This document shows positions 13,506 through 26,614 of a DNA stretch of 64,000 nt, in pieces. Both the position numbers and the translations under genes were made by a program. The notes below the pieces were generated by a model. The model did not search any database, was not told the DNA's origin, and worked only from the letters and a program-made list of their open reading frames with translations. Source of the stretch: Lama glama (lineage: Eukaryota). The DNA lies in contig CM052817.1 in NCBI GenBank assembly GCA_028534125.1, forward strand, positions 54,562,001 through 54,626,000, read 5' to 3'. Every line of letters starts with the position of its first letter. Positions within the stretch are counted from its first letter, which is position 1.

Positions 13506-13573
13506 TCTCTCTCCCTTTCTCAGCCCACCCTCCTCTCTCCCTCTCTCTTTCTCTCTCTCTCTCTTTCTCTCTC
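13506..13573. repeat. (CT)n-rich simple repeat
   Basis: ctctctccctctctctttctctctctctctctttctctctc. Confidence 0.85.
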
Positions 13574-15534
13574 AGGTTCTAATACTCTAATATATGAATT
13601 TGGACCCAGTATCTTTGAGGCTAAGAAGATGTTCTTATATATAAGAAACTCCATTCATAATCCTTTGAATTACATCTTTCCCCTCCATCCAGGTCAGATA
13701 TAGAAATGGGATTTGGTAAAAACAGATGCTGATAAAATTGTTTTGAAAATACACTACTTTTTACCTTCAGTTGTTGTTTTTGCTGGTTAGACACTTCTCA
13801 CTCTCCTCCTGCGAAACATGTTTTTGATTTTCTAGTCATTATTTTATCCTTAGTTTCTTTTAATGTTGTTGGCCCTTCCAGCAGTAGTGATTCAAAATAG
13901 TAGTGTGTGCTTTGGATAGAAATTAAATGCTGCATTTCTCCCACCCACCTTTTCTTTTAACAAAATAGCTTGCTGGTTTTTTGAGCTTTGAGTTTTAAAT
14001 GAAATAGGATGAAAACTTTTTTTTTTTGAGCATGCACTTAAGTGACAAGAATGAACTCTTTCTCTAATCAGATCTAGTTTCCATTTTCCCTATGAAATGC
14101 TGCATAAACATGCCAACTTCTTTCTCTGAGCTGGCCTCTCTAAAAGCTATGCAAACCATCTCCCTAGGGTTAACACATTCTTCTCTCAGCTTTAGATGTG
14201 CAAATGAGTTTAGTTATCCTCCCTTGAGGATTCTCCTGGTCACTTGTATTAGCATTTGAGTCTCCTGATGTTTGGCCCACCATTCTATAGATTATTTCTC
14301 AGGCTGGGTTACTTCTGTAGCCCTTTAAATCTACCGAGTACTTATATAACCAAATGGATTGTGCGTATGGATGGTTAATTCAGTCACATCTTGTCTATGA
14401 ATACAGCAGTGTGTATAAGGCATGACCTTTTTCATGTCTTTGAGGTGACATTATTTCTTCAGCTTCCACTGCTCCTTTCTTTAGAAAAAAGGAAAACAAA
14501 AACAAAAGCAGTCTTTTGTTTTGACAGAAGATCCATACATTGATAGATTTTCTGCATCCTGTAATGTTATTTATTGCTAAATAAAATGATAAAAAATATG
14601 GTTTCTGATAAGGAATTGGCCAACTGTCCTGCCAATGCATCCTCAATACTGGCAACATTTAAAATCAGTGTTTTTCAGAGAATGGGCAAGCTATATCTGT
14701 TCCAGATATTCTAGATCTATATTCTGTATTCTATATATGTTCCAGATATTCTTACCTAATACTGTTACTCATTTTGATTAGACCTATAATTCCCATACAA
14801 GTTTTGGAAAATAATTACCTGGAACATACACTCAATGTGAATCTTATTCAGTGGAGAAAATAAGCAAAGCTCTGGTTATTGATAGACAACTACTCATTAT
14901 AAATATCACTGGTTCTTTGAGATCTGTTCATTGGGTAGCAGATGATTATGTATCATATAAAGAGAAAATAAAATTAGACAAGTGTCCTCAACCTTTTCGC
15001 TCAACTCTAAACTATTTAAGGCTTCACTCTAAATATATATTTTAAAAATAGCATCTTTGCTGATAACAGATTGGCATCTTTAAGGGAGTATTGTTGACCA
15101 ATTAGCATTGCTGAAGGGGGTGGCTGTGTCATTAGTGTGTAAGCATTGTCAGAGACACTCCCTGCCCACTAGGTGCCAGACCTTTAATCAACTTCAGGTA
15201 AGGCGTCCTGGTGGGACTCCAGGATTATGGAGAGGAAAGGTGGCATCTGCAATATTAAATGATTGGGAGCCTAGAAAAAGGGAATACAACTAAAATTTTT
15301 CTAATTCGATTTTACCCTAAATTCCAATGCAGAGAATTTGGGTAACTTGAACTGGATCACTAGAATGCTTCTTTTTCCTAAGGTACATTTTCAGACCAAA
15401 GTCGTGGGGTATTGCCTGCTTTATTTTATATCTCTGTCCATCCTTTCCATACAACATGGGTCTCAGATCATTTCACATTTCACCGAGTAAAGGAAAGAGG
15501 CAAAGCAGCTTATGTCCTTTCTGTAGGAGTAGGC

Positions 15535-15960
15535 TTCATTTAACACTAGATTTTGCTGCATATAACGGAAAGTATAAAAATAACACTGGTTTAAATAAGG
15601 TACAATTTAAAGATTATTTAGAAATAATCTCTCTCAAAATTAAAGACACGAGGTAGGTGATTTTCAAGGCTGATTTGTTGGTTCCGTAGCTATCAGGGCT
15701 CCAGTTTCCCTACGTTTTGCTCCACTAGCCTAGACACACAGCCTTCATTCCCGAGATTGCTGCATAGACACAGATGACTGTAGGAGCTCCTGCCATCACA
15801 TCTCCATTATAGGAGCAGGAAATGGCAAAGGAAAAAAAAGTCTTTAAGCAGACATCTTAGAAGTCTCACAGCTCTGATGCTTAGATATTAATTGTCAGAA
15901 CTTAGCCATATTAACATACCTAGGTACTATGGAGGCAGGAAAGTTAACCTTTAACCTCTA
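15535..15960 (-). mobile_element. MaLR solo LTR (MLT1J-like)
   Basis: ttgctgcatataac, agatgactgtaggagctcctgccatcacatctccatt, attgtcagaacttagccata. Confidence 0.7.
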
Positions 15961-16379
15961 GGCACTGCCACAATGGAAATTTCAGATTCCTCCATCTCTA
16001 AAATTCTGAATTTTTCTACTGTCTGTTCTGAAATATTTAAGAAGTTTTGAGAATTCTACGATGTTTTAAAATCTAAATTGATGCTAACCTGAGAAACAAG
16101 ATATATAGATTTGATTTTCATTGTTTCAGAAATCTTTTAAAAATCTAAGGCAAGTTGCAAACTTTGGGTACACCATTCTTTCCATACACAGATGGAAACA
16201 CTATATTTTATGGCTTAGCAGCTGACAAAAATGTTTTGGTTTTGTTTCTGCAGTTGCTGAGTATTATTCTATGTATTGTTTTAAATGATGGTGATTTGTT
16301 TCTTTATTATCTTAGATGTCCTCCCCCAACACATGTACAAAATTAACCAATATTAAATTTTGTGACAGCTACCTAAATG

Positions 16380-16625
16380 ATATTCATTTACTGACATACC
16401 GTTTACTGTGTGTCAGCTACTGTTCTAAGGGCTCTGGATATTGGCAGCTCGCATCCTTATAACCTCCCTGTATGATGACTGCTAATATTGTTCCTATTTT
16501 ATAGGTAAAGAGATTGAGGACAAAAATGATAAATAATCCATTCAAAGTTGTACAGGTGGTGCTGCCATTTGAACTTAGGCATACTGATTGTGGAATGTAT
16601 GATAGTTGGTACCATTATGCTACAA
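16380..16625 (-). mobile_element. MIR SINE
   Basis: catttactgacataccgtttactgtgtgtcag...cctattttataggtaaagagattgagg...atttgaacttaggca. Confidence 0.75.
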
Positions 16626-18394
16626 GATCTTTAGAAATACACACTTCACTTCTAAAGTACCAAACTTACTTCAAGAACATTCCGTTACTCTTCTAATTAA
16701 GCACAGCAATAATTATTCGATAATACAGATCTAGAAACTCCAGGAAGAATAGGTGAAATATTTGGTTTTAGCTGATAATGTCAATCAGAGTTGAAAATAG
16801 AACTCAGGTTTCCTGACTTCAGACAAGTGCTAAAATAGCATGAGCCCTCTCATCTATTTGCGGACAGCAATATTCATGACATTCTTCTATAGAAAAATAT
16901 ATTCTGATCTTTTTAAATGAATTGTTGAGAAATGAAATGTGAATCCAAATTATTTAAGCTTGTTTTCTTTCCTTTTTATAGATTTAGCAATTTTGTGGTC
17001 CCAAGAATACTATATGTCATGAGGTAAAAAACCAAAGACTTGATAGGGGAAAATATACTTCTTTTGTTCCTTACCAAAGTATACTATTTGTGCATTTGCA
17101 AACAAATTACTGGAATTCTTATACCTAGAGCCCTCCAAAAGTGAATCATGTCTCTTTTCCAGGGAGTATTTGTATTTATTACTTGATTTACTTTATTGCT
17201 TTAATCTTTATTAAAGATTTCCTATATAAAAAGATAAAGCAATGGCAAATCTAACATTTGAAACAGAACAAAAAATCAGTTTCGAGCTTATTGAATCCTA
17301 TCAAACTTAAGCATGATTCAAACACTTCAGATCTTCATAGAGACAATTATGAAATGAAAATGTTTACAAAGCATATGCAGCATGTGTTTTACAACCTTGA
17401 GATTTTGTTTCCAGGAGCTTCTGAATCATTGCTGCTGTTTATAATCTGCATCTGTTATAAAATCAAATAAAAATGATAAAAATATTGTTTATATGAATAG
17501 AATTAAAAGAAAAAAACAAAGAGAGTGAAAATGTATTTGTTTTAGGAAGGAAATGAGACAATAGTCAGGTTAGGGTACCTTGAGGAAAAACCTTGATTGT
17601 AGTCCCCATAGGAAGACCCCATAGGATGGAATTACCCTGGAGAATTCATAAAGGTTCAGGTTGTAAACTCAGGTTCCCTGGGTCTCTGACCAGACTTGAG
17701 GAGGCAGATGAGATAATTAGAGACATTGGAGTATATATAATTATTATACCAAATTATTGAATATACTCTTTTGGCTTAAGCCTAAGAATATTCCCTCTTC
17801 AAATTCAGATACATCTGAAAATCTCAGACAGATAGACTGGGCAGTAGGTGTTTCTAGAAGTCTGTTTGTATAAGAGACAGGGAAACCTTCTAGGAGAGAC
17901 TACCTCCTAAGAGATAAGGGAGTTCAGCCTCTGTTCTGATTCTGAGAAAACATGGTGTTTGTCACATAAGTTAACCGCCATCCTACTTTACATGAACTCA
18001 TGTCTAAATCCTAAGTCAAGAGAACTCTGAGCAAATAATGTAAAACTCTGAGGATTGTGGCCATACTAAGTTCTCCTTGAGAGTGTGACTCAAAAAGGGA
18101 AGAGGCATTCTCTCTTGTGTAGTCAAAGATGACAGAGCTTCGGCTTCTTAAGATTGCCCTTGTACCAACACTATTGGCAGTGGGGAGCAGCAGTACTTGT
18201 CAGAAGAATCAGTTATTAATTAAAAAGTGATGGCATATAGTGAGAAGACAGCAATATTTGAGTGAGCTGGACTCTGAGAAAAAGTGGAGGTGTTCTCAGA
18301 GGGGACAGTACCTTGTAGAAGTGGTGATAAAGCAGAGGCAGGGGCATTGTCTAGAAGAAGAATGATGATAGCATGCACTCAAAGTAGCAACTCT

Positions 18395-18752
18395 GCTGTC
18401 TCATACATCCTTCTTCCTGGTGTTCTGACTGTTGTTTAATAACAACCGGTAGTTCTCCCTTTCTCCCAAGAATTACTATTGGACAAACAATAGTCACCTC
18501 CTCCCCCACCTCTTATTAGTAGACCTTGGCCAATGACTGTGGAGCATGGGTGTTCAATTTAAATGTCAGAACTTCACTGTGGGATCAGAACAAAGCTACT
18601 CTTTAGCTGAGATTCATCCTTGCTTAGCTTTTCCTCCTGCTCTATCCTGCTTTGCTCATCCCGTTTCTTATAAAAGCACTCTCCCAAAATACCACTCAAA
18701 GAAGAATCCTCAACTCAGGCTCTGCTTCTGTGGCGCACAACCTAAGAGAGTG
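18395..18752 (+). mobile_element. ERVL solo LTR (LTR16-like)
   Basis: 3' end ctcaggctctgcttctgtgg...acctaagaga and internal gctgagattcatccttgcttagcttttcctcctgctctatcctgc. Confidence 0.7.
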
Positions 18753-20319
18753 GTAAAGTATCTTCTTGCCTTTCAGCAGGGAAGGAGTTATTGACCCAAG
18801 TCATGACTGGAGGCAAACCCAAACAAATTACATGAATGAAATTGTTCATGGGCACATGAAGACAGCTGTTGGAGCATTCCTAATATAATCAGAAAAGATT
18901 CTGCAAGAATTGGAGAAACTGCAGGTCACAACAAGAAAAAGTAAAATTTACTGCTACTATGTCTCCATTGCATACCCTGAACTAGAGTAGCCTGGGAAAT
19001 GGGCTACATTACCATAGGATACAAGCATTTCCAGTCACGGGATTGCTTGTTATCTTCTATTCAGATTACTCTACCTCTTGTTATATGTGGGAAGTCATTC
19101 TGGTAAACCAAAGATGGCTTATTATGCATGGACTCAGGTCTAACAGAGTACACAATTTTGAGGTGTATTTCTTCTGGGCCGTGGTGAACATCAATGAGTA
19201 ACATCTACTCAGTTTTGTGATTTACATGCATAGTACTTTTAAACACCATAAACTTGAGCCTTACAGTGTTGACATAATTTTCTTGTCTTCTGCTATTAAC
19301 TTTCTCTTAATCAAATGTTTTTCTAAATATTTTACTTGATTTCCACTTTTTGAACTTGGAAGTTACAATCCAACTTCCCTGAGATATCCCTAGTGAAACT
19401 GACTTTGTGGGGTTTTCTGTTTGTTTTTATGTTCCTAAACACATCAGTCACCTAGTTTTAGGTTTATTTCCTCCAAAGCTACTAACATTTGTTTTGTGTG
19501 GATTTTATTGGTTGAAATCTTAGAAGAATTTAATTCCTTCAATTGTAAGTTTTAAGTTCACATCTCATTCTTTTCTCCCCTTCTCAAAATCTACTTTCAA
19601 AAACTGGGCAGAGCTGAAGTAAAATAAAGAAATGGCCTGAATATCAATCACTAGTGAAATACCAGTACATTTTTATCTTAGAAGAAGGCTGATCACAAGG
19701 ATTTTCAGGGCTGTTAGTCTATCTTCATGCTTTCAGGCTGGTACTAAACCTAACATTTGAGAGCGGGGAATTTAATCTCTTTTTAGTTTATCTTTAAACT
19801 GAAAATGATTCTTTTATATTTCAGGATTAATCTAGAAGCTAAAGATATCACAATTCTCTCAAAAATCACTATCATTTCATAACTATCTAACAATCAGGAG
19901 ATCCTTAACACCTAAAACAGCGTGAATAAACTTCTATTTATCAGATAGTTGATGCCTGTCAGTTAGGACTCATAGATGGCCTGATGTACCCCTATCAGTC
20001 ATTTCTGAAACTAGACATTTCTTTTACTCATAAATACTCCCAGATTTGCCTGTCAAAGTCACTATGGCTCCATCACTAGAGATTTGTTTGTTTGGCTTAG
20101 GGCTTTGCTTCTCTGTGATTCGATTTAACAACCTGGATGTTAGGCATCTAGGCTGAATTGGCTGGCATCCTTATCTGGGACTGTTTTTGCACAGGGGAAA
20201 AATGGTATTTTCCTTTTGGCCCCATTCTTCTTTCTTCCTAAGACTTTAAATCAGAACAAATAAGATAAGAATAAGATTCCTAAGGACAATTTTCCCTATC
20301 TACCACATAAGACTAGTCC

Positions 20320-20565
20320 TGTATTTTCCAGCTGTGGTCTGTGGAGATGTTAATAAATGATACGGTTTTCTTTGAATTTACTCTATAGCACAGCAAAGAA
20401 TTACAATGCAATTAGAAGTATTGAGAAATGTTACTGGAAAAAACTTGTTTTTTTTTAGACTTTCAACTGTTTTTCAAACTTAAATGACCAATAAATAATT
20501 TTGATAGTACATTGTTTAACCTCATGCAAGCCACCAATATTGGGGCTACTAGTTTGAAAATACTA
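20320..20565. mobile_element. hAT-Charlie MITE remnant (MER103C-like)
   Basis: tattttccagctgtggtctgtggagatg ... ttttcaaacttaaatgacca ... tagtttgaaaatact, with degenerate terminal inverted repeats. Confidence 0.45.
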
Positions 20566-20835
20566 GTTTAGTATAAAATCAGGGCATTTATGTTCCAAAT
20601 CAAGGTGACAGACTGTCTCTCTAATGTATGCACCTCTGCAGTCCCTCTGATCCACAGAGATGTGAATTATATATACAGGGTCCTCACCTAATGCCTTGCA
20701 ACATGGATATGATCACTGTGGGTTTCTGTATTAATTAAAAAATACTTTTATTATAAAATAAATATATATTCAGTATTTACAACATAGAATTAAGGCTAGT
20801 TATATAGGTTGATGTATAGAATTAAGATTAACTTT

Positions 20836-21430
20836 TATTAGTTAAAGTCTGTAGTTACAAATTCCAGAAATGCAACTCAAACTGGTGATTTGCAATTTAA
20901 ATCAAACTGGTGAGTGATTATCAGGTGATAAAATTGGAAGATCATAAACCAAAGAAAGAACTTCGGGACTGAAAACAGATCTGGGGAGTGTCAGACTCCA
21001 GAACCAGAGGCCTGACACTGTTGGCTCCCTCCAGCTTCCTCTCGTTTGGGATTGCCTTTGCTTGGCTTCATTTTCCCTTACGTCAGACAGCTTTTTCCCA
21101 AATAAAGTGAAAGGCAATGGTTCCCAGTAGCCACCAATTTATGTTCTTCAAACTTTATGACCTGAAGTGAAAGGATGATTTATTCTTGCTTTAAATTAAA
21201 AACTCAGGGCAGAAATCTGTTTAGATTACATTAGATCATATAACAGGCGTGGACCAATCACTGTGGATGGTGGAATTGACAGAAAGAATCTAGAGCTGGA
21301 TCATATGCTTACCTTTTAAACCTGGATGATGGGTTATTGAATATCTCTGAATTGAAGGAGTGGCTTCCAAAAGAAAAGGTTGGGAGAAGGGAGGAAGGAG
21401 GAGTTCCAGAACAGGCAAAAATAAAAATAT
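20836..21430 (-). mobile_element. MaLR solo LTR (MLT1K/L-like)
   Basis: tattagttaaag...agttacaa...agaaatgcaactcaaactgg; tggaccaatcactgtgg. Confidence 0.65.
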
Positions 21431-22149
21431 TCACTACATTTCATCTTTGATAGACACATCTACACCCTTTTACCAATACTTAAACTTGCAAAAATGCCCA
21501 TACTGAGATAAGGCAATTAGTTCATGTGTGACTGAAAACACGTTTATTCTCCTCCATTAGAACACCACCTGAAATCTTGTTCAGTTACTGCATTTAGAAT
21601 CTCTGGATTGTGGTTCAGTTCCCTCAATCAGGTCTGAGTGTACCACTTCATGATCTGGCCACTTTGGGGCTAAAATATTTTAAAAAAAAATCACCTCCAT
21701 GTATGCATTTTAAAATAAAAACAAGAAGACAAAACAAACACAGTAAGACCTCTTTTTAAGAAACAGGGAAAATGAAAACAACATGCAGCAATCAGAGCAC
21801 CAGGGTACAGATTGTATTCTACTAGACAATGGTCTCTAAATTATTTTCCACTTGGCTCACCAATGAGTCTACAAGGAAGCAGCCATATTTCCTACACATG
21901 AGAATGGATGGAGCCTCCTCCTCCCAGTGTTCTCCGTGATCACTTTTCAAGGGGATATGGGAGAATTTTTGTCTGTGGATGATACTACCTTGGAAGTTCT
22001 CTTCCTATTTACATGAGTTTAGGAAATCTTGAAACGGCTTCAGGGATTAAGTAATCATAGGCTTCTGGTAACCAGCCAGGTCTGGGTGGCAAACATGTCT
22101 CTTAAATCAGTGGGATTCCAGGCAATTTGATTCCACCCCCCCCCCATTT

Positions 22150-23010
22150 ACACTCACTTCCTCATGTATTTTCATGGATTTAAATATAGCCCCTATGTTT
22201 CCCTTGAGCATCAGAATTGCATTTCCATCTCTTCCTTGGAGCCTCCATGGAGGAAGTTCAAATTTAATGAGGCTGGACTGGTAGTTCTTCTCAAAGTCTT
22301 TATCTGGCCCTGTAATTCACCTATTTTCTTGGGCAAAACACTCTCATAAATCATATACACAAACCCAAGTTTATTCAGAATCTGACTAATTATCACCATT
22401 TCTACCATCATCTCAATTTAAGCCAGTATAATCCCCTGCCTGGACAACAGACTTCATGTGCAAAAGCTTCCTAACTGGCCTGCCACCTCTACTTCTGTCC
22501 TAGGACTGTAAGTTCACTACATAACGACCAGAGTAGATTTTATTTTGAAGTTTTATGTCAGGTCAAGTAAAAGCCTCTGCCCGAACAATCTTGTCTTCTC
22601 ATTATTTAAAAATAAAATTTAAAATCCTGACCATACCCTGTAAGGTATGGGCCACAACTGTCTCTGAAACCTCATTCTCTAATGAGCTCTACCTTGTTCA
22701 GTCCTTCTAACCACACTTTTTTTGCCGTTTGGTGAACACTTAAGCTCATAATGCCCCAGGGCTTTTGTACTGCTGTTCCCTCTGGTTCTATTTTTCTGAC
22801 CTCAGGTATAAACATGATTTTCCTCATTTCTTTTAAGTTGCTTCTCAAATGTCATTTCTCATGATTTTTTTTCTTCATAGTGCTTATATTTACCTATTAT
22901 ATATTATTTATGTGTTTTCTGTCACCCCACTAAAAATGCTAGAATGTGGTCTCTCACTAAGAGGCATGTTCTGTTTTGCTGTTTGCTATTTTTTAGAATG
23001 GTGTCTAGAA
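22150..23010 (+). mobile_element. LINE-2 (L2) fragment
   Basis: atggatttaaatat, agcttcctaactggcct, ccagggcttttgtactgctgttccctctg, ctcaaatgtcatttc. Confidence 0.75.
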
Positions 23011-23224
23011 ATTATCTATACATATACACACATATAATTGTATATATTATAGCATGTAATATGTTAAATATATATAATTATATATAATGTGTACATAATT
23101 ATTTTTATAGCTAGTAACCAGTGCCTAACTAATAATCATTTAATGTTGAGCTGCCTTTTTGGTTTTTGTTTCTTAGCAACGAGCTAACGGGGGCTCTGTC
23201 TTTACTCTTGTGTCTAAGTCTAAT

Positions 23225-23445
23225 AATAAGTGTCAGGCACTGTTTTAAGTTTATGAACAATGCCTTCACTCATTCTTCCTATGGGGTAGGTAAAATAGTA
23301 TTATCCCCATTTTGGAGAAGGAAAGTGAGGCATAAAAGGGTTCACTCATTTCCCTGTTTTGCGCAGCTAATAAGAGGCAGAGCCAGAATTCATCTGAGGC
23401 AGTTTGACTCCTGAGTCTGTGCGTGCGACCACACTCATGATACTT
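23225..23445 (-). mobile_element. MIR SINE
   Basis: tgtcaggcactgttttaag...attatccccattttggagaaggaaagtgaggc...cagctaataagaggcagagccagaattc. Confidence 0.85.
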
Positions 23446-23821
23446 TGTCCTGCTCAGGCCCTGGCTTCTTCCACAGAGCAGTGAGCAACACTGGGCTGAG
23501 AGAGTCAAGGGAAGCAGCATCCCAGAATGTCTCTCAGGGCTTTGTCAGGTGGCATGTGCAGCTGTCTCGGCTGGGGCTTCAGCCTTTCTCACTTTCCTGG
23601 CACCACTGAGGGCCCAGTCCTCACTTCTTTTTGGATTCTTACTCCCTAGTCCTTGCTCAGTTGCTGAAATTTAAAATGATATAGAGAACCATGCTATTAT
23701 AATGATCCAAAGTCATGACTGACCTTCAGCAGTTTTGTGCTGTGGACCATAAGCAGACAATGTCATTTGTGTGAAAATTGCGTTCTATTTCCTTTTCTGC
23801 TTTCAGTTTGGGTCACCTCGG

Positions 23822-23991
23822 TTTTGGTTCTCAATTCTGTTTGTACATTTGAGTCACCCAGGGAGCTTTTAAAAATACTTGGCCCAACCACATAACAATT
23901 AAATAAAAATCTCTGAGGATGGAGCCATGGCAACCCTATTTTTAAAATTCCCTTGGTAATTCTAACAAGCGACTAGGGTTGAGAACTTTTG
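23822..23991. mobile_element. MER5-family MITE (hAT-Charlie)
   Basis: Terminal inverted repeats tggttctcaa / ttgagaac; internal gagtcacccagggagcttttaaaaatac. Confidence 0.75.
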
Positions 23992-23999
23992 CCTTATAT

Positions 24000-24164
24000 C
24001 AGTGGTTCTCAAACTTTACCACGTGGCAGGATCACCAAGAGGGCTGACTGAACACAGATTACTGATGCAGCATGTCTAGGGTGAGGCTGGAGAATTTCCT
24101 TTCCCAACAAGCTCCCACGTAAGGCTAATATTGCTGGTTTGAGTCTGCAGTTTGAGAATAATTG
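24000..24164 (-). mobile_element. MER5A-like MITE (hAT-Charlie)
   Basis: cagtggttctcaaacttt ... tttgagaataattg; 8-bp flanks ccttatat / ccttagac. Confidence 0.8.
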
Positions 24165-24300
24165 CCTTAGACTGAAGGTGGTCCTTCTTTGCAGTACCTC
24201 ACTGAAGTTTTAGAAGAGCCAGCCTTTTCTGATACTCTGATATTTCCTACCAATTCTCCTAAATTTCTAGCCTCCACAGGACCAGAATCTAAATACCAGT

Positions 24301-24349
24301 ATTTAACAGATACATTTTAACAGATATATTTTAACAGATATATTTTAAC
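24301..24349. repeat. 14-bp tandem repeat, ~3.5 copies
   Basis: (attttaacagatat)n is visible directly. Confidence 0.85.
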
Positions 24350-24483
24350 CATTTGCTGGAGGGAGTCATATCACAACCTCCTAAGTTAGTTGATTTTTGT
24401 TTTGTGTCTCCAAATTTTTATTATTACCAGTAGTGTCCAGTGAGCATCTTTGAACATAAACCTTATCACCCTGTGCAGGTGGT

Positions 24484-24662
24484 CTGCATTCTCCAATAGG
24501 AAAGCCATCACTGTCATGTGGCTTTTTACATTTAAATTCTTTTTCTCTGTCACATTAGCCGCATTTCAAGGGCTTAATAGCACACATGGCTAGTGTCTAC
24601 CATATTAGACTGTGCAGTAGAATATTTCCATTATTGCAGAAATTTCTATTTGATAGTGCTGG
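24484..24662. mobile_element. MER3-like MITE (hAT-Charlie)
   Basis: tcacattagccgcatttcaagggcttaatagcacacatggctagtgtctaccatattagac ... ttctatttgatagtgctg. Confidence 0.8.
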
Positions 24663-24679
24663 TTAGATGTTTGTCAGAC

Positions 24680-24960
24680 GTGTTTCCTTTACCTAGGCAG
24701 GCAGCTAAATACCTTTCCCCATCCCTTACATTGAAGCCAGGCCATGTTAATAGGTATTGTCCATGGAGTTTGAAGAAATGGTATGTCTCTTCTGGGCTAA
24801 GCATGGAAGAAATCTGTGTCCCTGAATGATTTCATGGAACAGAGAGGGTGGGCCCCCTTCTTCAAGCCAAGGTGAATTGTGACATGAGTGAGAAATAAAT
24901 CTTGATTGTGTCAATCCATTGAAATGCTGAGGAGTTTAATTACAATATTTAGCTTAATCT
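24680..24960 (+). mobile_element. MaLR LTR fragment (MLT1I/J-like)
   Basis: ggccatgttaa, tgacatgagtgagaaataaatcttgattgtgtcaatccattgaaat. Confidence 0.65.
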
Positions 24961-25376
24961 GTTTAGTTCATTGCCCTAAAAAATGTTAGTAATTGTGACA
25001 TAGCATTCTTAAGTACCAATACTTTTTTTTTCCAAATACTACAAGCATTAATCCATTTTATTGTTATTTATTATTGTAGAGTAGATAACTGAATGCAGTT
25101 TTATTTGATGTAGGTAAGCCTTTTCTCTTGATATTTGCAGAAATGTTCTTCATTTATTAAAATACTTATTTTTTATGTATGTATACATTTATTTTTATTT
25201 TTTCTTTGTCCTTGGTGAACCCTTTAAATATTCAGGCTAATGTTCATTTTCAGCTTAAGAATGTTTCTGTTATTTGTTATTTTGGATCTGGTGCTTTATA
25301 CTATCATGAATTGTTTAAGTCCTTTTTTTCCCCCGTAGATTAAGTTTCCTGGATCTAGCTCCTTTTTCTTTCATCC

Positions 25377-25770
25377 TTGTTTGTCAGTCTGCTCAAGCTG
25401 CCATGACAAAATACCACAGGCTGGGTGCCTTAAACAACAGAAACCTTTTTTCACAGTTCTGGAGACTGGTCCACGGTTAAGGCTCTGGCAGATTTGGTTT
25501 CCGGTTGAGTCTCCCTTCTTGGCTTGCAGATGGCAGCTTCCTAGTTATGCGTTCACATGATCTTTCTTTGGTGCATGGATGCAGGGAAAAAGATACAGAA
25601 AGAGAGCTCTCTCATTTGTCTTCTTATAGGGACACTCATCTGAAGGGATCAGGGCCCCACGCTTAAGGCCTCCTTTAACCTTAATTCCTTCCATCTCCAA
25701 ATACAGCCACACTGCGTGTTACGACTTCAAGATAGGAATGGGAGATGCAAGTGTTCATTTGGTCTGTAAA
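25377..25770 (-). mobile_element. MaLR solo LTR (MLT1A-like)
   Basis: gctgccatgacaaaataccacaggctgggtgccttaaacaacagaaa, tggcttgcagatggc, tcttcttatagggacact, atctccaaatacagccacact. Confidence 0.88.
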
Positions 25771-26009
25771 AATAATTTTTAAAATTTCTTTATGATCCTC
25801 AGAATTGTGGGTAAATTCTAATAGTCTTCCTTTTTACTAATATATTTTCTTTAGTTGTTAACTTGTTTTTCAAAGCCTACATTGTATTTGAAATTTTGAT
25901 CTTGTGTTTTTATGTTGTTGCAAATTTTCCAGATCTCATATTGTTTTCCTTTTCTCATGATTAGTTGCTCTGATAGCAAAGATGTGTTTTGATTCTGATG
26001 ATACAAAAA

Positions 26010-26370
26010 TTCAGTGAAGTTTATTTGCTGTTTTAGGTGCTAGAACACTGAATCCAGTGAGCAAAAAAGGGACTCATTGAAAGAATCATGGGATAACTTA
26101 GGAAACAGAAAGGCAAACTAAACCATGAAGCAATAAAAAAATTCAAGAATTTTGTCATGTAGAAAGGTCATCAAATATCTCAACTCCAACTGTGTTCATT
26201 CTCCACGTGATTCTGCCCAAAATTAAAATTACCTAGAGATAAAATCTCATTAACCTCATGAGGTCATATTTTCTCTTTTATGAGACATGTAATTTTGAGG
26301 ATAAACTGTGTTATGTCCAATTAAACAGACAAAAATGATCATTGTTAAGGGGGAAATTGAAATGTTTTTC
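26010..26370 (-). mobile_element. Old MaLR LTR remnant (MLT1-like)
   Basis: Degenerate 5' motif (agtgagcaaaaaagggactcattgaaagaatcatgggataact). Confidence 0.4.
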
Positions 26371-26614
26371 AGTTACACTTTTCTATAGCATATTTTTAAT
26401 TTTCCAAAGATGATATTTTTCTCATAGTATGATTTCTTGTAGGAAATGTATTACACAGGAAAGATGTAAAAAATTTTTTTTGGATAGACTTTTTCTTCTT
26501 CCTTGTGGTATCATTTCATTACTTTTAGTGTGGTGAGGTGGTTTATTGTTTATTTTGAGGAGAAATCAAAGTCCTCACCTGTCTTAGAGGATACTATTGT
26601 GTTACATTTTTAGG

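Noticed and set aside
14698..14751. Duplicated 15-mer tgttccagatattct
   Set aside because: A local slippage duplication in low-complexity context with no functional signal.
24301..24349. Regular direct repeats
   Set aside because: A simple 14-bp slippage minisatellite without spacers.
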